A DNA stretch of 64,000 nucleotides, from assembly GCA_963767925.1 (NCBI GenBank), contig CAVYGB010000013.1, positions 1 through 64,000 of the forward strand, written 5' to 3'. A model generated the notes under the pieces. That model had not been told where the DNA came from. It worked only from the letters and a program-made list of their open reading frames with translations, and did not search any database. The stretch's first letter is position 1. The number at the start of each line of letters is the position of its first letter. Origin of the DNA: an uncultured delta proteobacterium. Lineage in GTDB: Bacteria; Myxococcota_A; Polyangia; Fen-1088. The position numbers and the translations under genes were made by a program. Below, in pieces: positions 48,935 to 57,534 of this stretch.

Positions 48935-50005
48935 TCAGGGCCACCCGCCCGGGTCTTCCAGGGACAGCGTCTCGGTCAGCCCCAGCACCAGGTTCATGTT
49001 CTGGATGGCCTGGCCGGCTCCACCCTTGATGAGGTTGTCGGTGGCGGCCTGCACGGCGAGGGTGCGGCCCTCCCCCTCGACCGGCCCCAGCGTGAAGCTG
49101 ACCTCGGCGTAGTTCGAGCCGGACACCGCCGCCACCTCCGCCGGCCGGTCCTCGACGAAGCGGACGAACGGCTCGGAGTCGAAGCTCGTCCGGTACATCC
49201 CGGCCAGCTCGTCGCGGCCGATCGCCGCCGGCAGCTCGACGAAGCAGGTGGCGAGGATCCCGCGCGACAGCGGCGCCGACACCGGCACGAACTGCAGCGT
49301 GAAGGGCGGTGCCGCCCCCCCGCGCCCGCCCGCGCCCGCGTCGATCAGCGTCTGCACGATCTCCGGCGTGTGCTGGTGGTCGAGCAGCTTGTAGCTCTTC
49401 AGATTCACCGCCCGCACCGGGTGGTGGGTGCCGGGCCCCGCGACCACGCCGCTGCCCGAGGAGCCTGTGATTCCCAGCACATGGATGGGCCCGCGCAGCC
49501 TGCCCGCCCGGGCCAGGGGCAGCAGCGCCAGCTCGATGGTCGTGGCGAAGCAGCCGGGAGAGGCCACCGCCTGCGCCGCGCGGATCGCCTCCCGGTTCAG
49601 CTCGGGCAAACCGTAGACGAAGCGGCCGAGCAGCTCCGGGTGGGGGTGCTCGGCCCCGTAATATTGTTTGTAGGCAGCCGCATCGCGCAGGCGAAAGTCG
49701 CCGGACATGTCGACGATCTTGACGCCCGTGGCCAGGAGCTCGGGCGCAACCTTTGCGCTCACCTTGTGAGGCAGGCCGAGCAGCGCCACGTCAGATCCGG
49801 CCGCCGCAGCCGCCGCCGATACGTTCTCGAAACGGAGCGGCGTCCGCCCCGTCAGCGACGGGTGAGCAGCGCCCAGAGGCTGGCCAACGAAGTCGACGCT
49901 GGCCACCCGCACCAGGTCCACTTCGGGGTGCAGGAGGAGCCGCCGGATGAGCTCGGCCCCCCCATATCCGCTCCCTCCTATCACCGAGGCTTTGAATCGC
50001 TTCAT
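48935..50005 (-). CDS. argC: N-acetyl-gamma-glutamyl-phosphate reductase
   Basis: GGSGYGG, DMSGDFRL, YGLPE, ASPGCFAT, GSSGSG, DNLIKGGAGQAIQNMN; start at ATG 50005. Confidence 0.95.
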   Translation of the reverse strand: MKRFKASVIGGSGYGGAELIRRLLLHPEVDLVRVASVDFVGQPLGAAHPSLTGRTPLRFENVSAAAAAAGSDVALLGLPHKVSAKVAPELLATGVKIVDMSGDFRLRDAAAYKQYYGAEHPHPELLGRFVYGLPELNREAIRAAQAVASPGCFATTIELALLPLARAGRLRGPIHVLGITGSSGSGVVAGPGTHHPVRAVNLKSYKLLDHQHTPEIVQTLIDAGAGGRGGAAPPFTLQFVPVSAPLSRGILATCFVELPAAIGRDELAGMYRTSFDSEPFVRFVEDRPAEVAAVSGSNYAEVSFTLGPVEGEGRTLAVQAATDNLIKGGAGQAIQNMNLVLGLTETLSLEDPGGWP

Positions 50006-50027
50006 ACGTACCTTAATCTTACCGCTG

Positions 50028-51917
50028 ATGAGGCTCGCCCTCCCCCCGCTCGCGAACCGCGCTCGGGTTGTTTCAGTGGTGTTCGCTGTCGGTGTTGGTG
50101 TGATGGGGTCGGTCGGCTGGGCCGCCCCGGCAGCGTTGTCCGCGGCTAACGCCGCACCTTCTGCTTCCCCGGTGAACATCCCCACCGACCGCCTCATGCG
50201 GGTCGATGAGGTCCGACCGGGCATGGTGGGCGAGGCCCACACGGTGTTCAGCGGGACCAAGCCGGAGGCCTTCAAGGTCCGGGTGGTCTCGGTGGTGCGG
50301 AACTTCCTGCCCAAGCAGGACATCATCCTCGTGCGCGCCGAGGACCCCCGGGTCGAGTTCTCGGGGATCGCGGCCGGGATGAGCGGCAGCCCCGTCTACA
50401 TAGATGGCAAGCTGCTGGGGGCCATCGCCTACGCCTGGTCCTTCGCCAAGGAGCCGCTCGCCGGCGTCACCCCGATCGAGGCCATGCTGGCCGAGCGCAG
50501 CCGCCCCCGGCGGGCCACCCGCACGCTCGTCGAGTCGGGCGAGCTGGTGCACGCCCCCGGACCGAGCGGCAGCGACATCAGCCTCGACGACCCGCGGCCC
50601 GCGTCCACCAGCAGCGCCGAGGTGGGCGGCCTGCCCCAGCTCCGGCCGGTGGCCGTGCCCCTGTCGATCTCCGGGATCTCCGACGGGGCCCTCGGCGAGC
50701 TCGGCGACCAGCTCAAACCGTTCGGCCTGGTGCCGATGCGGGCGGGCGGCGGCGGCCAGCTCCGCAAGTCGGCCGGCCCGGCCGACCTGCTGGTCCCGGG
50801 CGGCGCGGTCGGCGTGCAGCTCATCCGCGGCGACATGAACGCCACCGCGATGGGCACCGTCACCTGGGTCAAGGGCAACACGATCCTGGCCTTCGGTCAC
50901 CCGATGTTCGGCGTGGGCGAGGTGAACCTGCCCATGGTGACCGGCGAGGTGCACACCTTCATCGCCAGCCAGTTCAGCTCTTTCAAGCTCGCCACCCCCA
51001 TCGCCGAGGTGGGGACCATCGTGCAGGACCGTCCCTCCTGCATCGTGGGCGACCTGGGCCTGCGCTCGACCATGTTGCCGATCGAGGTGCGGGTCTCCGC
51101 CCCCGGCTCCGAGGTGCGCGTGTTCCGGGCCGAGGTGGTGCGCAACAAGCGGCTGACCCCCATCCTGGCCTCGGCCGTGCTGACGACCGCCATCGCCGAC
51201 GCCGAGCCCGACCAGACCGACATGGCCGTCACCCTCGCCACCAAGGTGGGCGTGCGCGGGATGGCGGCGGTGGCCCTGCGCGACCAGGTCTTCTCCCAGG
51301 AGGGCCTCTCCCCCCGGGCCCTGGGCAGCCTGCGCGGCGTGCGTGCCCTCGGCGAGCTGCTCGGCAACCCCTTCGCCCCGGTGGGCGTCGATCGCCTTGA
51401 GTTCGACGTCACCATCGAGTTCCGGCGCGACTACGCCGAGATCGTCTCGGTGGCCCTGCCGAGCGAGGAGGTCCGGGCGGGCGACACGGTCCCCCTGCGC
51501 GTCACCCTGCGCCCCTACGCCGGGCGCGAATACGTGGAGACGGTCCCCTTCGTGGTGCCCGAGCGGCTGGCCGGCCAGTCGGTGCGGATCGAGGTCGCCT
51601 CGGGCGCCCAGGTGCGCCCCGACGTCCCCCGCCCCGAGAACCTGACCGGCTTCATCGAGAACCTGCGCAGCTACTACACCGCCTCGAACATCGTCGTCAG
51701 CATGAGCCTGCCCGAAGACGGCGCCTCGCTGCGCGGCCACCTGCTGCCCAGCCTGCCTCCGTCGGCCCTGGACACCCTCCGCACCGGCAACCAGACCCGC
51801 CGCGCCGACGCTTACCGCCTGGCCAACCGCACGGTCTTCCAGTCCTCGCGCATGGTCACCGGCAAGCAGGAGCTGGTGCTCAAGGTCCGTGAGGACACCC
51901 TCGGCCGCAACCGCTGA
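50028..51917 (+). CDS. Exported SpoIVB/peptidase S55 domain protein
   Basis: Hydrophobic N-terminus; VRPGMVG...TVFSG, GIAAGMSGSPVY..GKLLGAIAY, LAFGHP; start inferred from the TAATCT box. Confidence 0.82.
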   Translation: MRLALPPLANRARVVSVVFAVGVGVMGSVGWAAPAALSAANAAPSASPVNIPTDRLMRVDEVRPGMVGEAHTVFSGTKPEAFKVRVVSVVRNFLPKQDIILVRAEDPRVEFSGIAAGMSGSPVYIDGKLLGAIAYAWSFAKEPLAGVTPIEAMLAERSRPRRATRTLVESGELVHAPGPSGSDISLDDPRPASTSSAEVGGLPQLRPVAVPLSISGISDGALGELGDQLKPFGLVPMRAGGGGQLRKSAGPADLLVPGGAVGVQLIRGDMNATAMGTVTWVKGNTILAFGHPMFGVGEVNLPMVTGEVHTFIASQFSSFKLATPIAEVGTIVQDRPSCIVGDLGLRSTMLPIEVRVSAPGSEVRVFRAEVVRNKRLTPILASAVLTTAIADAEPDQTDMAVTLATKVGVRGMAAVALRDQVFSQEGLSPRALGSLRGVRALGELLGNPFAPVGVDRLEFDVTIEFRRDYAEIVSVALPSEEVRAGDTVPLRVTLRPYAGREYVETVPFVVPERLAGQSVRIEVASGAQVRPDVPRPENLTGFIENLRSYYTASNIVVSMSLPEDGASLRGHLLPSLPPSALDTLRTGNQTRRADAYRLANRTVFQSSRMVTGKQELVLKVREDTLGRNR

Positions 51918-52539
51918 CCCCCCCGCGCGCCCAGCGGCCCCCCTCCCGCCGCCGCTGCCGCGCGCCTTCTACGCCCGCCCCACCACCCTCGTCGCCCGCG
52001 CCCTGATCGGCAAGCTCCTGGTCCGCCAGCCCCCCGGCGGCCCGCCGCAGCTCGCCCGCATCGTCGAGGTGGAGGCGTATCTCGGCGAGCGCGATCTAGC
52101 GTCCCACGCCCGCCGCGGCCCCACCCCCCGCTCCCGCATCATGTTCGGCCCCCCCGGCCACCTCTACGTCTACCTGATCTACGGCATGCACCACTGCATG
52201 AACCTGGTCACGGAGCGAGACGGGGTGGCCGGCGCCGTGCTGGTGCGGGCCGCCGAGTCCCTCGGGGATGGCCTCCAGCCCGGCGCGCTCGACCCGAAGG
52301 TCCTGCGCGGCCCCGGCAAGCTCTGCCGGGCCCTCGGCATCACCCTCGCCGACAAGGGCCTCGACCTCACCTCGCCGCACGCCCCCCTCTACGTCGCCGA
52401 GGCGTCCGGCCCGACCCGGCTGAAGATCGCCCGCTCCCCCCGCATCGGCATCGACTACGCCGGCGCCTGGGCCACCCGCCCCCTCCGCTTCTACGTCCCC
52501 GACCACCCCAGCGTCTCCGGCCCCCGCCCCCCACCCTGA
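51889..52539 (+). CDS. mpg: DNA-3-methyladenine glycosylase (MPG/AAG family)
   Basis: FYARP..VARALIG, IVEVEAY, YVYLIYGMHHCMN, GPGKLC, RIGI. Confidence 0.93.
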   Translation: MRTPSAATADPPARPAAPLPPPLPRAFYARPTTLVARALIGKLLVRQPPGGPPQLARIVEVEAYLGERDLASHARRGPTPRSRIMFGPPGHLYVYLIYGMHHCMNLVTERDGVAGAVLVRAAESLGDGLQPGALDPKVLRGPGKLCRALGITLADKGLDLTSPHAPLYVAEASGPTRLKIARSPRIGIDYAGAWATRPLRFYVPDHPSVSGPRPPP

Positions 52540-52560
52540 CCCACCCCCGCAGAATCGGAG

Positions 52561-52843
52561 GGGCGGCGAGGTTCAAAGCCTCTCCCCCCCGCTGCCTATC
52601 TTGGGGGGGGGCGGCGAGGTTCAAAGCCTCTCCCCCCCGCTGCCTATCTTGGGGGGGAGGGCGGTGAGGTTCAAAGCCTCTCCCCCCCGCTGCCTATCTT
52701 GGGGGGGAGGGCGGTGAGGTTCAAAGCCTCTCCCCCCCGCTGCCTATCTTGGGGGGGAGGGCGGTGAGGTTCAAAGCCTCTCCCCCCCGCTGCCTATCTT
52801 GGGGGGGAGGACGGTGAGGTTTTACGCCTCTCCCCCCGCTGCC
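52561..52843. repeat. Tandem array of a 50-bp palindromic unit, about 5.5 copies
   Basis: tcaaagcctctcccccccgctgcctatcttgggggggagggcggtgaggt at 52621, 52671, 52721; variants at 52573 and 52771; partial at 52821. Confidence 0.95.
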
Positions 52844-52846
52844 CGG

Positions 52847-52897
52847 TCGCCCTCTCCCGCGGTCTGCCGCGGGGGAGGGGAGGGGTGGGGGTCTCCG
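52847..52897. repeat. Diverged REP-like element of the 4893-5069 family
   Basis: tcgccctctcccgcggtctgccgcgggggaggggaggggtgggggtctccg. Confidence 0.65.
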
Positions 52898-52956
52898 GTG
52901 GCCCGGGCGGTTGTCGGGCAGGTCCGGGCGAGCGGCGTGATATCGAAGGGGGAGCG

Positions 52957-54090
52957 ATGCCCCAGCACGTGATCCTCATCCCCGGGTTCTTCGGGTTCGA
53001 GAACCTGGGCGACCTGGCCTACTTTACCCACGCGCGCGACGCCCTCCTCGAGTGGTGCCGGAGCGCCGGGATCGAGGTCCGGGTGCACACCGTCTCGACC
53101 TTGCCCACGGCCTCGCTGCGGCAGCGGGCGGCTGCGGTGGTGGAGAAGCTGCAGGCCGTGCTGACCGTGCCTGGCGGCGAGGGGCCCGTGCACCTGGTGG
53201 GGCACTCGAGCGGGGGCCTGGACGCCCGCCTGGCCATCACCCCGGAGCTGGCGCTGCCGGGCGGGATCGACCCCGAGCCCCTGGCCGCGCAGGTGCGCAG
53301 CGTGGTCACCGTGTCCGCCCCGCACTACGGCACCCCGCTGGCGGGCTTCTTCTCCAGCCTGCTGGGGGCGCAGCTCCTGCAGGTCCTCTCGATGGCCACC
53401 AGCTACGTCCTGCGCACCGGCCGCCTCCCGGCCGACGTGCTGGTCCGCATGGCCGCCTTCTTCTTGCGGGCCGCCTCGGGCCTGGGTTCAGGTCCCAGCG
53501 GATCCCTCGGGCGCCTGCACGACCGCCTGCTGGCCGACTTCGGGCCGGAGCGCCGGGGGGCTCTGCAGACCTTCGCCGAGATGATCGCCCGCGACCAGGA
53601 CCTGCTGCCCCAGATCACCCCCGCCGTCATCGACGTCTTCAACGCCGCCACCCAGGACCGCCCCGGCGTCCGCTACGGCTGCGTCGTCACCCAGACCCGC
53701 GGCGCCGGCCTGCGCTCCCTGCTCTCGGCCGGCCTCTCCCCCTACGCCCACGCCAGCCACACCCTCTACGCTTGCCTGGGCCAGCTCGCCGGCGGCGTCC
53801 CCCGCGACCGCCTCCCCATCCTGCAGCCCGCCCAGCACGCGGCGCTGCTCGCTGGCTTTTCCCGCCTGCCCGCCCGCCGGGCCAACGACGGCGTCGTCCC
53901 CACCCTCAGCCAGGTCTGGGGCGAAGTCATCCGCGCCGTCTGGGCCGACCACCTCGACGTCATCGGCCACTTCCACCACCCCACCCACGTCCCCCCCCAC
54001 TTCGACTGGCTCGTCTCCGGCAGCGGCCACACCCGCAAAGAATTCCTGACCACCTGGAACGCCATCGCCACCTTCCTCTTCCACCCCTGA
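52957..54090 (+). CDS. Lipase/esterase (alpha/beta hydrolase)
   Basis: LIPGFFGF oxyanion region, GHSSGG nucleophile elbow, NDGVVP, ADHLD. Confidence 0.9.
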   Translation: MPQHVILIPGFFGFENLGDLAYFTHARDALLEWCRSAGIEVRVHTVSTLPTASLRQRAAAVVEKLQAVLTVPGGEGPVHLVGHSSGGLDARLAITPELALPGGIDPEPLAAQVRSVVTVSAPHYGTPLAGFFSSLLGAQLLQVLSMATSYVLRTGRLPADVLVRMAAFFLRAASGLGSGPSGSLGRLHDRLLADFGPERRGALQTFAEMIARDQDLLPQITPAVIDVFNAATQDRPGVRYGCVVTQTRGAGLRSLLSAGLSPYAHASHTLYACLGQLAGGVPRDRLPILQPAQHAALLAGFSRLPARRANDGVVPTLSQVWGEVIRAVWADHLDVIGHFHHPTHVPPHFDWLVSGSGHTRKEFLTTWNAIATFLFHP

Positions 54091-54147
54091 CCGGTCCGCC
54101 GTAACCCCACGCTGTCGCTCGCTCGGCCTGGCGGGTAGGGGAGCGGA

Positions 54148-54282
54148 GGGGAGAGGAAGATCGGTCTGGCGCCGAGTGGAGGCGTGCAGCTCGCGTCTGC
54201 GCGAGCTTGCCAGCGCCGACAGAGGGGCAAGCGCGAAGCGCTGTAAGCCCCGGCGAGGCGCCAGACCGATCTTTCTCTCCCC
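54148..54282. other. 135-nt structured element: 26-bp terminal inverted repeat enclosing two hairpins
   Basis: 54148-54173 ggggagaggaagatcggtctggcgcc pairs with 54257-54282 ggcgccagaccgatctttctctcccc (one G-U). Confidence 0.75.
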
Positions 54283-54391
54283 GAAGCGCACCGGGCCTCA
54301 ACGATCAGCTCCGGAAAGCGCTTCGCCCCGAGCGACCGGGCTTCAACGAAAACACCCGCTCCCGAGCGACCGGGCCTGGAGGCCGAGCGCG

Positions 54392-54952
54392 CTACCGGAC
54401 CTGGATCTCGTAGCGGCGGTTCTTTGCCTGCTTGGCCGCTGTGTCGTCCGGGGTGACGAGCGGGCGGTCCGAGCCGAGCCCGAGGGCGACGATCTGGTCC
54501 CCAGGAATCCCCCGCGCGACCAGCTCCTTGACGATCGCAGCCGCCCGCTTCTGCGACAGCCCCTTGTTGTGCTCCGCCTTCCCTCGACTGTCGGTATGCC
54601 CCGAAACCTCGAACTTGTAACTCGGCGCCTTGGCCCCATCGAGCTTCTTCTTGGCGTCGACCAGCGCCGCCGCCAGGTTCTTGAGCTTGCGGTCGCACCC
54701 CGGCGCCAGCTCGTCGCTGTCGGTCTTGAAGCTGCACTGATTCTTGCGCCCGTCGGCCAGGAGCTTGGTGTTCACCTTCTTGAACACCTCGTCGCGCGCC
54801 GTGGACCCGGCCGCCTCGGCCGCCTTCTTGCTCGCCTTCTTGGCGATGCCACCGAGGTCGATCTGGGCGCCGGCGCCCCCGGGCACCAGCAGCAGAGCGC
54901 TCAGCAGCGCCGCCGGGAACATCCACTGGGCCGACAGGAGTCTTGCTCGCAT
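54392..54952 (-). CDS. OmpA family protein (signal peptide plus OmpA C-terminal domain)
   Basis: FKTDSDEL, VSGHTDSRG..N.GLSQKRA, NRRYEI; start at ATG 54952. Confidence 0.9.
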   Translation of the reverse strand: MRARLLSAQWMFPAALLSALLLVPGGAGAQIDLGGIAKKASKKAAEAAGSTARDEVFKKVNTKLLADGRKNQCSFKTDSDELAPGCDRKLKNLAAALVDAKKKLDGAKAPSYKFEVSGHTDSRGKAEHNKGLSQKRAAAIVKELVARGIPGDQIVALGLGSDRPLVTPDDTAAKQAKNRRYEIQVR

Positions 54953-54969
54953 CGGCCCATCGTACACCC

Positions 54970-55479
54970 TCAGGCGGCGACCGCCCAGAGCGCCGGCCGC
55001 TCCCGCTCCACGCCGCCCACCTGGCCCTCGCCCTCGCCCTCGCCCGCCAGGCAGCGCTGCAGGCGCCGGGCGAACGCCGCCGGTGGCTCGGCGAACAGCC
55101 GCCGCCCGAGCGGTCGCGCGAGCGCGCGCAGCGCCCGGTGCCGCTGCTCCACCAGCGCCGGATCGGCCCCCGACTGCCCCGAGCCGCTGGCCCCGGCGAA
55201 CAGCCGCAGGTCGTGATCCTGCCCGAGCAGCTCCTCGAGGCGCCCCAGCAGCTCCTGCCGCCCCGCGAGCCCGCCGGGCGATCGCCCCGCGAGCACCCCG
55301 AAGTGGAGGGCATGGTCGTGGACGGCGCGGCGCCAGCCCTCGAAGGCGGCGTGTCCCCCTCCCGGGTAAGCCGCAGCCATGGTCTCGCGGGCCCGCCGGT
55401 AACTGGCGCCCGCCCGCCTCAGCGCCACCTCGATGAAGCCGTCGGCCGGCGACGGTCGCAGATTCTTGATCGAAGACAT
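54970..55479 (-). CDS. CHAD-domain-like protein (C-terminal half only)
   Basis: YRRAR, FEGWRRAVHDH, LEELLGQDHDL, GRRLFAEPP.AF match the second half of CHAD. Confidence 0.55.
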   Translation of the reverse strand: MSSIKNLRPSPADGFIEVALRRAGASYRRARETMAAAYPGGGHAAFEGWRRAVHDHALHFGVLAGRSPGGLAGRQELLGRLEELLGQDHDLRLFAGASGSGQSGADPALVEQRHRALRALARPLGRRLFAEPPAAFARRLQRCLAGEGEGEGQVGGVERERPALWAVAA

Positions 55480-55580
55480 CTGCCTCTTCCGTCTCTTCAC
55501 GGAGCGTGCCAGCCGCACACCGCCCGCCCGCCGCGCCGAACGCGATGAATCCCCCGCCCGCGCGTAACGTCCGCCCGGGC

Positions 55581-56693
55581 TCAGCTACCGGAACGTAACG
55601 ACCCCTCGACCGTGCTGACGAGGAGACCGACCAGACCGTCGAGCGGCGCCTCCGCCATCGACAAGCCGGCCTCCGCCACGACCCGGGGCATGCCGAACAC
55701 CACACACGAAGATTCGGATTCGGTGAGCACGACCCCCCCGGCCGCCCGGATGGCGCGCGCGCCGATCAGGCCGTCGTCCCCCATCCCGGTGAGGACGAGC
55801 GCCAGCGCCCCCGCCCCCGCCGCCCGGGCGGCGCTCTCGAACAGCAGGTCCACCGAGGGCGCGAAGGGTTGCTCCTCCTGGCGCGGGCCGGTCACCGCCA
55901 CCAGCTCGCCCCGGTCGCGCTCGATGGTCATCTGGCTGCCGCCCTGGGCGATCACCGCCCGACCGGGCCGCAGCTCGGTCCGCTCGCCGGCCTCGAGCAC
56001 CTCGAGCGGGGAGACCTTGCTCAGGCGCTCGGCCATCGAGCGGGTGTAGCCCTCGGGGATGTGCAGGGCGATGGCGATGGGGACCGGCAGGTCGGCGGGC
56101 AGGGCCCCCAGCAGGCGGGTGAGCGCCTGGGGCCCGCCCGTCGAGGTGCCGATCACCAGGAGGGTGCTGGGCGACCGGGGGCCGCCGCCGAGGCGGGAGC
56201 GGGTGGGCCCCGCCCCTCGCCGCCGGCCGGCCCGGCGCGCTTCCCCCGCCGCGATCACCTTCGAGACCAGGTCCTCCCCCATTTCGTACAGCCGGGCGGT
56301 GGCCAGGGCGGTGGGCTTGTGGACCAGGTCGAAGGCCCCCGCCTGCAGGGCCTCGATGGCGATCTCGCTGTTGGCGTTGGAGATGCTGACGATGATCACC
56401 GACGGCGGGCTGGGGGGCGGCAGCGCCTTCAGCAAGCTGATCCCGTCGAGCGCCGGCATCATGAGGTCCAGGGTCACCACCTCGGGGCGCAGCTCCACGA
56501 TCTTCTCGAGGGCGTCGAGGCCGTCCATGGCGGCGCCCACCACCTCGATGCGGGGGTTGCGGGACAGGACCTCGCGCAGGACCTTGCGGGCGAAGGCCGA
56601 GTCATCGACCACCAGGACCCGGATGGGCCCCTCCCGGGGCGCGCTCAGGCCCTCGCCTTCCGTCCCGATGACCTTGTCGTTGCTGTCGCTCAA
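55581..56693 (-). CDS. cheB: Chemotaxis response regulator protein-glutamate methylesterase
   Basis: VVDDSAF..TLDLMMP..HKP REC; GTSTGGP, LHIP, LTGMGDDG. Confidence 0.93.
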   Translation of the reverse strand: MSDSNDKVIGTEGEGLSAPREGPIRVLVVDDSAFARKVLREVLSRNPRIEVVGAAMDGLDALEKIVELRPEVVTLDLMMPALDGISLLKALPPPSPPSVIIVSISNANSEIAIEALQAGAFDLVHKPTALATARLYEMGEDLVSKVIAAGEARRAGRRRGAGPTRSRLGGGPRSPSTLLVIGTSTGGPQALTRLLGALPADLPVPIAIALHIPEGYTRSMAERLSKVSPLEVLEAGERTELRPGRAVIAQGGSQMTIERDRGELVAVTGPRQEEQPFAPSVDLLFESAARAAGAGALALVLTGMGDDGLIGARAIRAAGGVVLTESESSCVVFGMPRVVAEAGLSMAEAPLDGLVGLLVSTVEGSLRSGS

Positions 56694-57514
56694 GCCGGCC
56701 TCTTTCGATAAAGGAAGATCCCCTGCTGCTCCTCACACGCGAGCGAGGTGCCGAAACGCAGCAGCGACTCGGACACGCCCACGAAGAGGGCACCTCCGGG
56801 CACCAGGGTCGCGGTCACGTCCTCCACCACCCGGGTGCTCACCTCGTCGCCGAAATAGATGAGCACGTTCTTGCAAAGCACAACATCACAGGGCCCCATC
56901 TCTCGAACGGCGGGGCGGTCCAGAAGATTGAGCTGGCGCCAGCGCACCGAATCGATCAGCTCGGGCGCGACCGACAGGTAGCCGCCGGCAAGCCGCCGGA
57001 GGTGGGGGTGCGCCTCGGGCGGCATCACCTCCTGCCGCAAGGAACGGGGGCGGTATTCGCCGCGCCGGGCGACCGCCAGCGCCCGGGCGCTGACATCCGA
57101 GGCCAGCAGGTCCACATGTCGGAGCAGGTCGCGCGCAGCAAGGAGCATGGCGATCGTCAGCGGCTCCTCTCCGGTCGAGCAGGCGGTTGACCAGACGCGG
57201 GGCCGGGCGCCGGCGGTCACCAGCGGCTCCAGGATGCCGCCGACCAGCAGGTCGAGCTGTTCCCGCTCGCGGAAGAAGTAGGTCTCGTTCACGACCAGGT
57301 GGTCGGACAGAGCCGACAGCTCGACGGGGCCCGCGGGATCGTATCTCAGGAAATAGTAGTAATCGAGCAGCGAGTCGAACCCGAGCTCGACCGCCCGTTC
57401 GCCCAGCTTGGAGGCGAGGATCTCCTGGTCGGCCAGACCGTAATGAAAGCCGAGCCGCTCCTCGAGCAGGCCCCGGAAGATCTCGAACACCGACAGCGAC
57501 AGCGGCAGGGACAT
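56690..57514 (-). CDS. cheR: Protein-glutamate O-methyltransferase
   Basis: VNETYFFRE, ACSTGEEP, LCKNVLIYF, GVSESL. Confidence 0.93.
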   Translation of the reverse strand: MSLPLSLSVFEIFRGLLEERLGFHYGLADQEILASKLGERAVELGFDSLLDYYYFLRYDPAGPVELSALSDHLVVNETYFFREREQLDLLVGGILEPLVTAGARPRVWSTACSTGEEPLTIAMLLAARDLLRHVDLLASDVSARALAVARRGEYRPRSLRQEVMPPEAHPHLRRLAGGYLSVAPELIDSVRWRQLNLLDRPAVREMGPCDVVLCKNVLIYFGDEVSTRVVEDVTATLVPGGALFVGVSESLLRFGTSLACEEQQGIFLYRKRPA

Positions 57515-57534
57515 CGGCGCCGGTTTGCCGCCGG

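Noticed and set aside
48126..50005. LysW-dependent (lysY/lysZ) pathway
   Set aside because: No lysW carrier or lysX ligase nearby; plain argC/argB is the simpler call
52561..52843. CRISPR array
   Set aside because: Units are contiguous and identical with no unique spacers; no cas genes in the window
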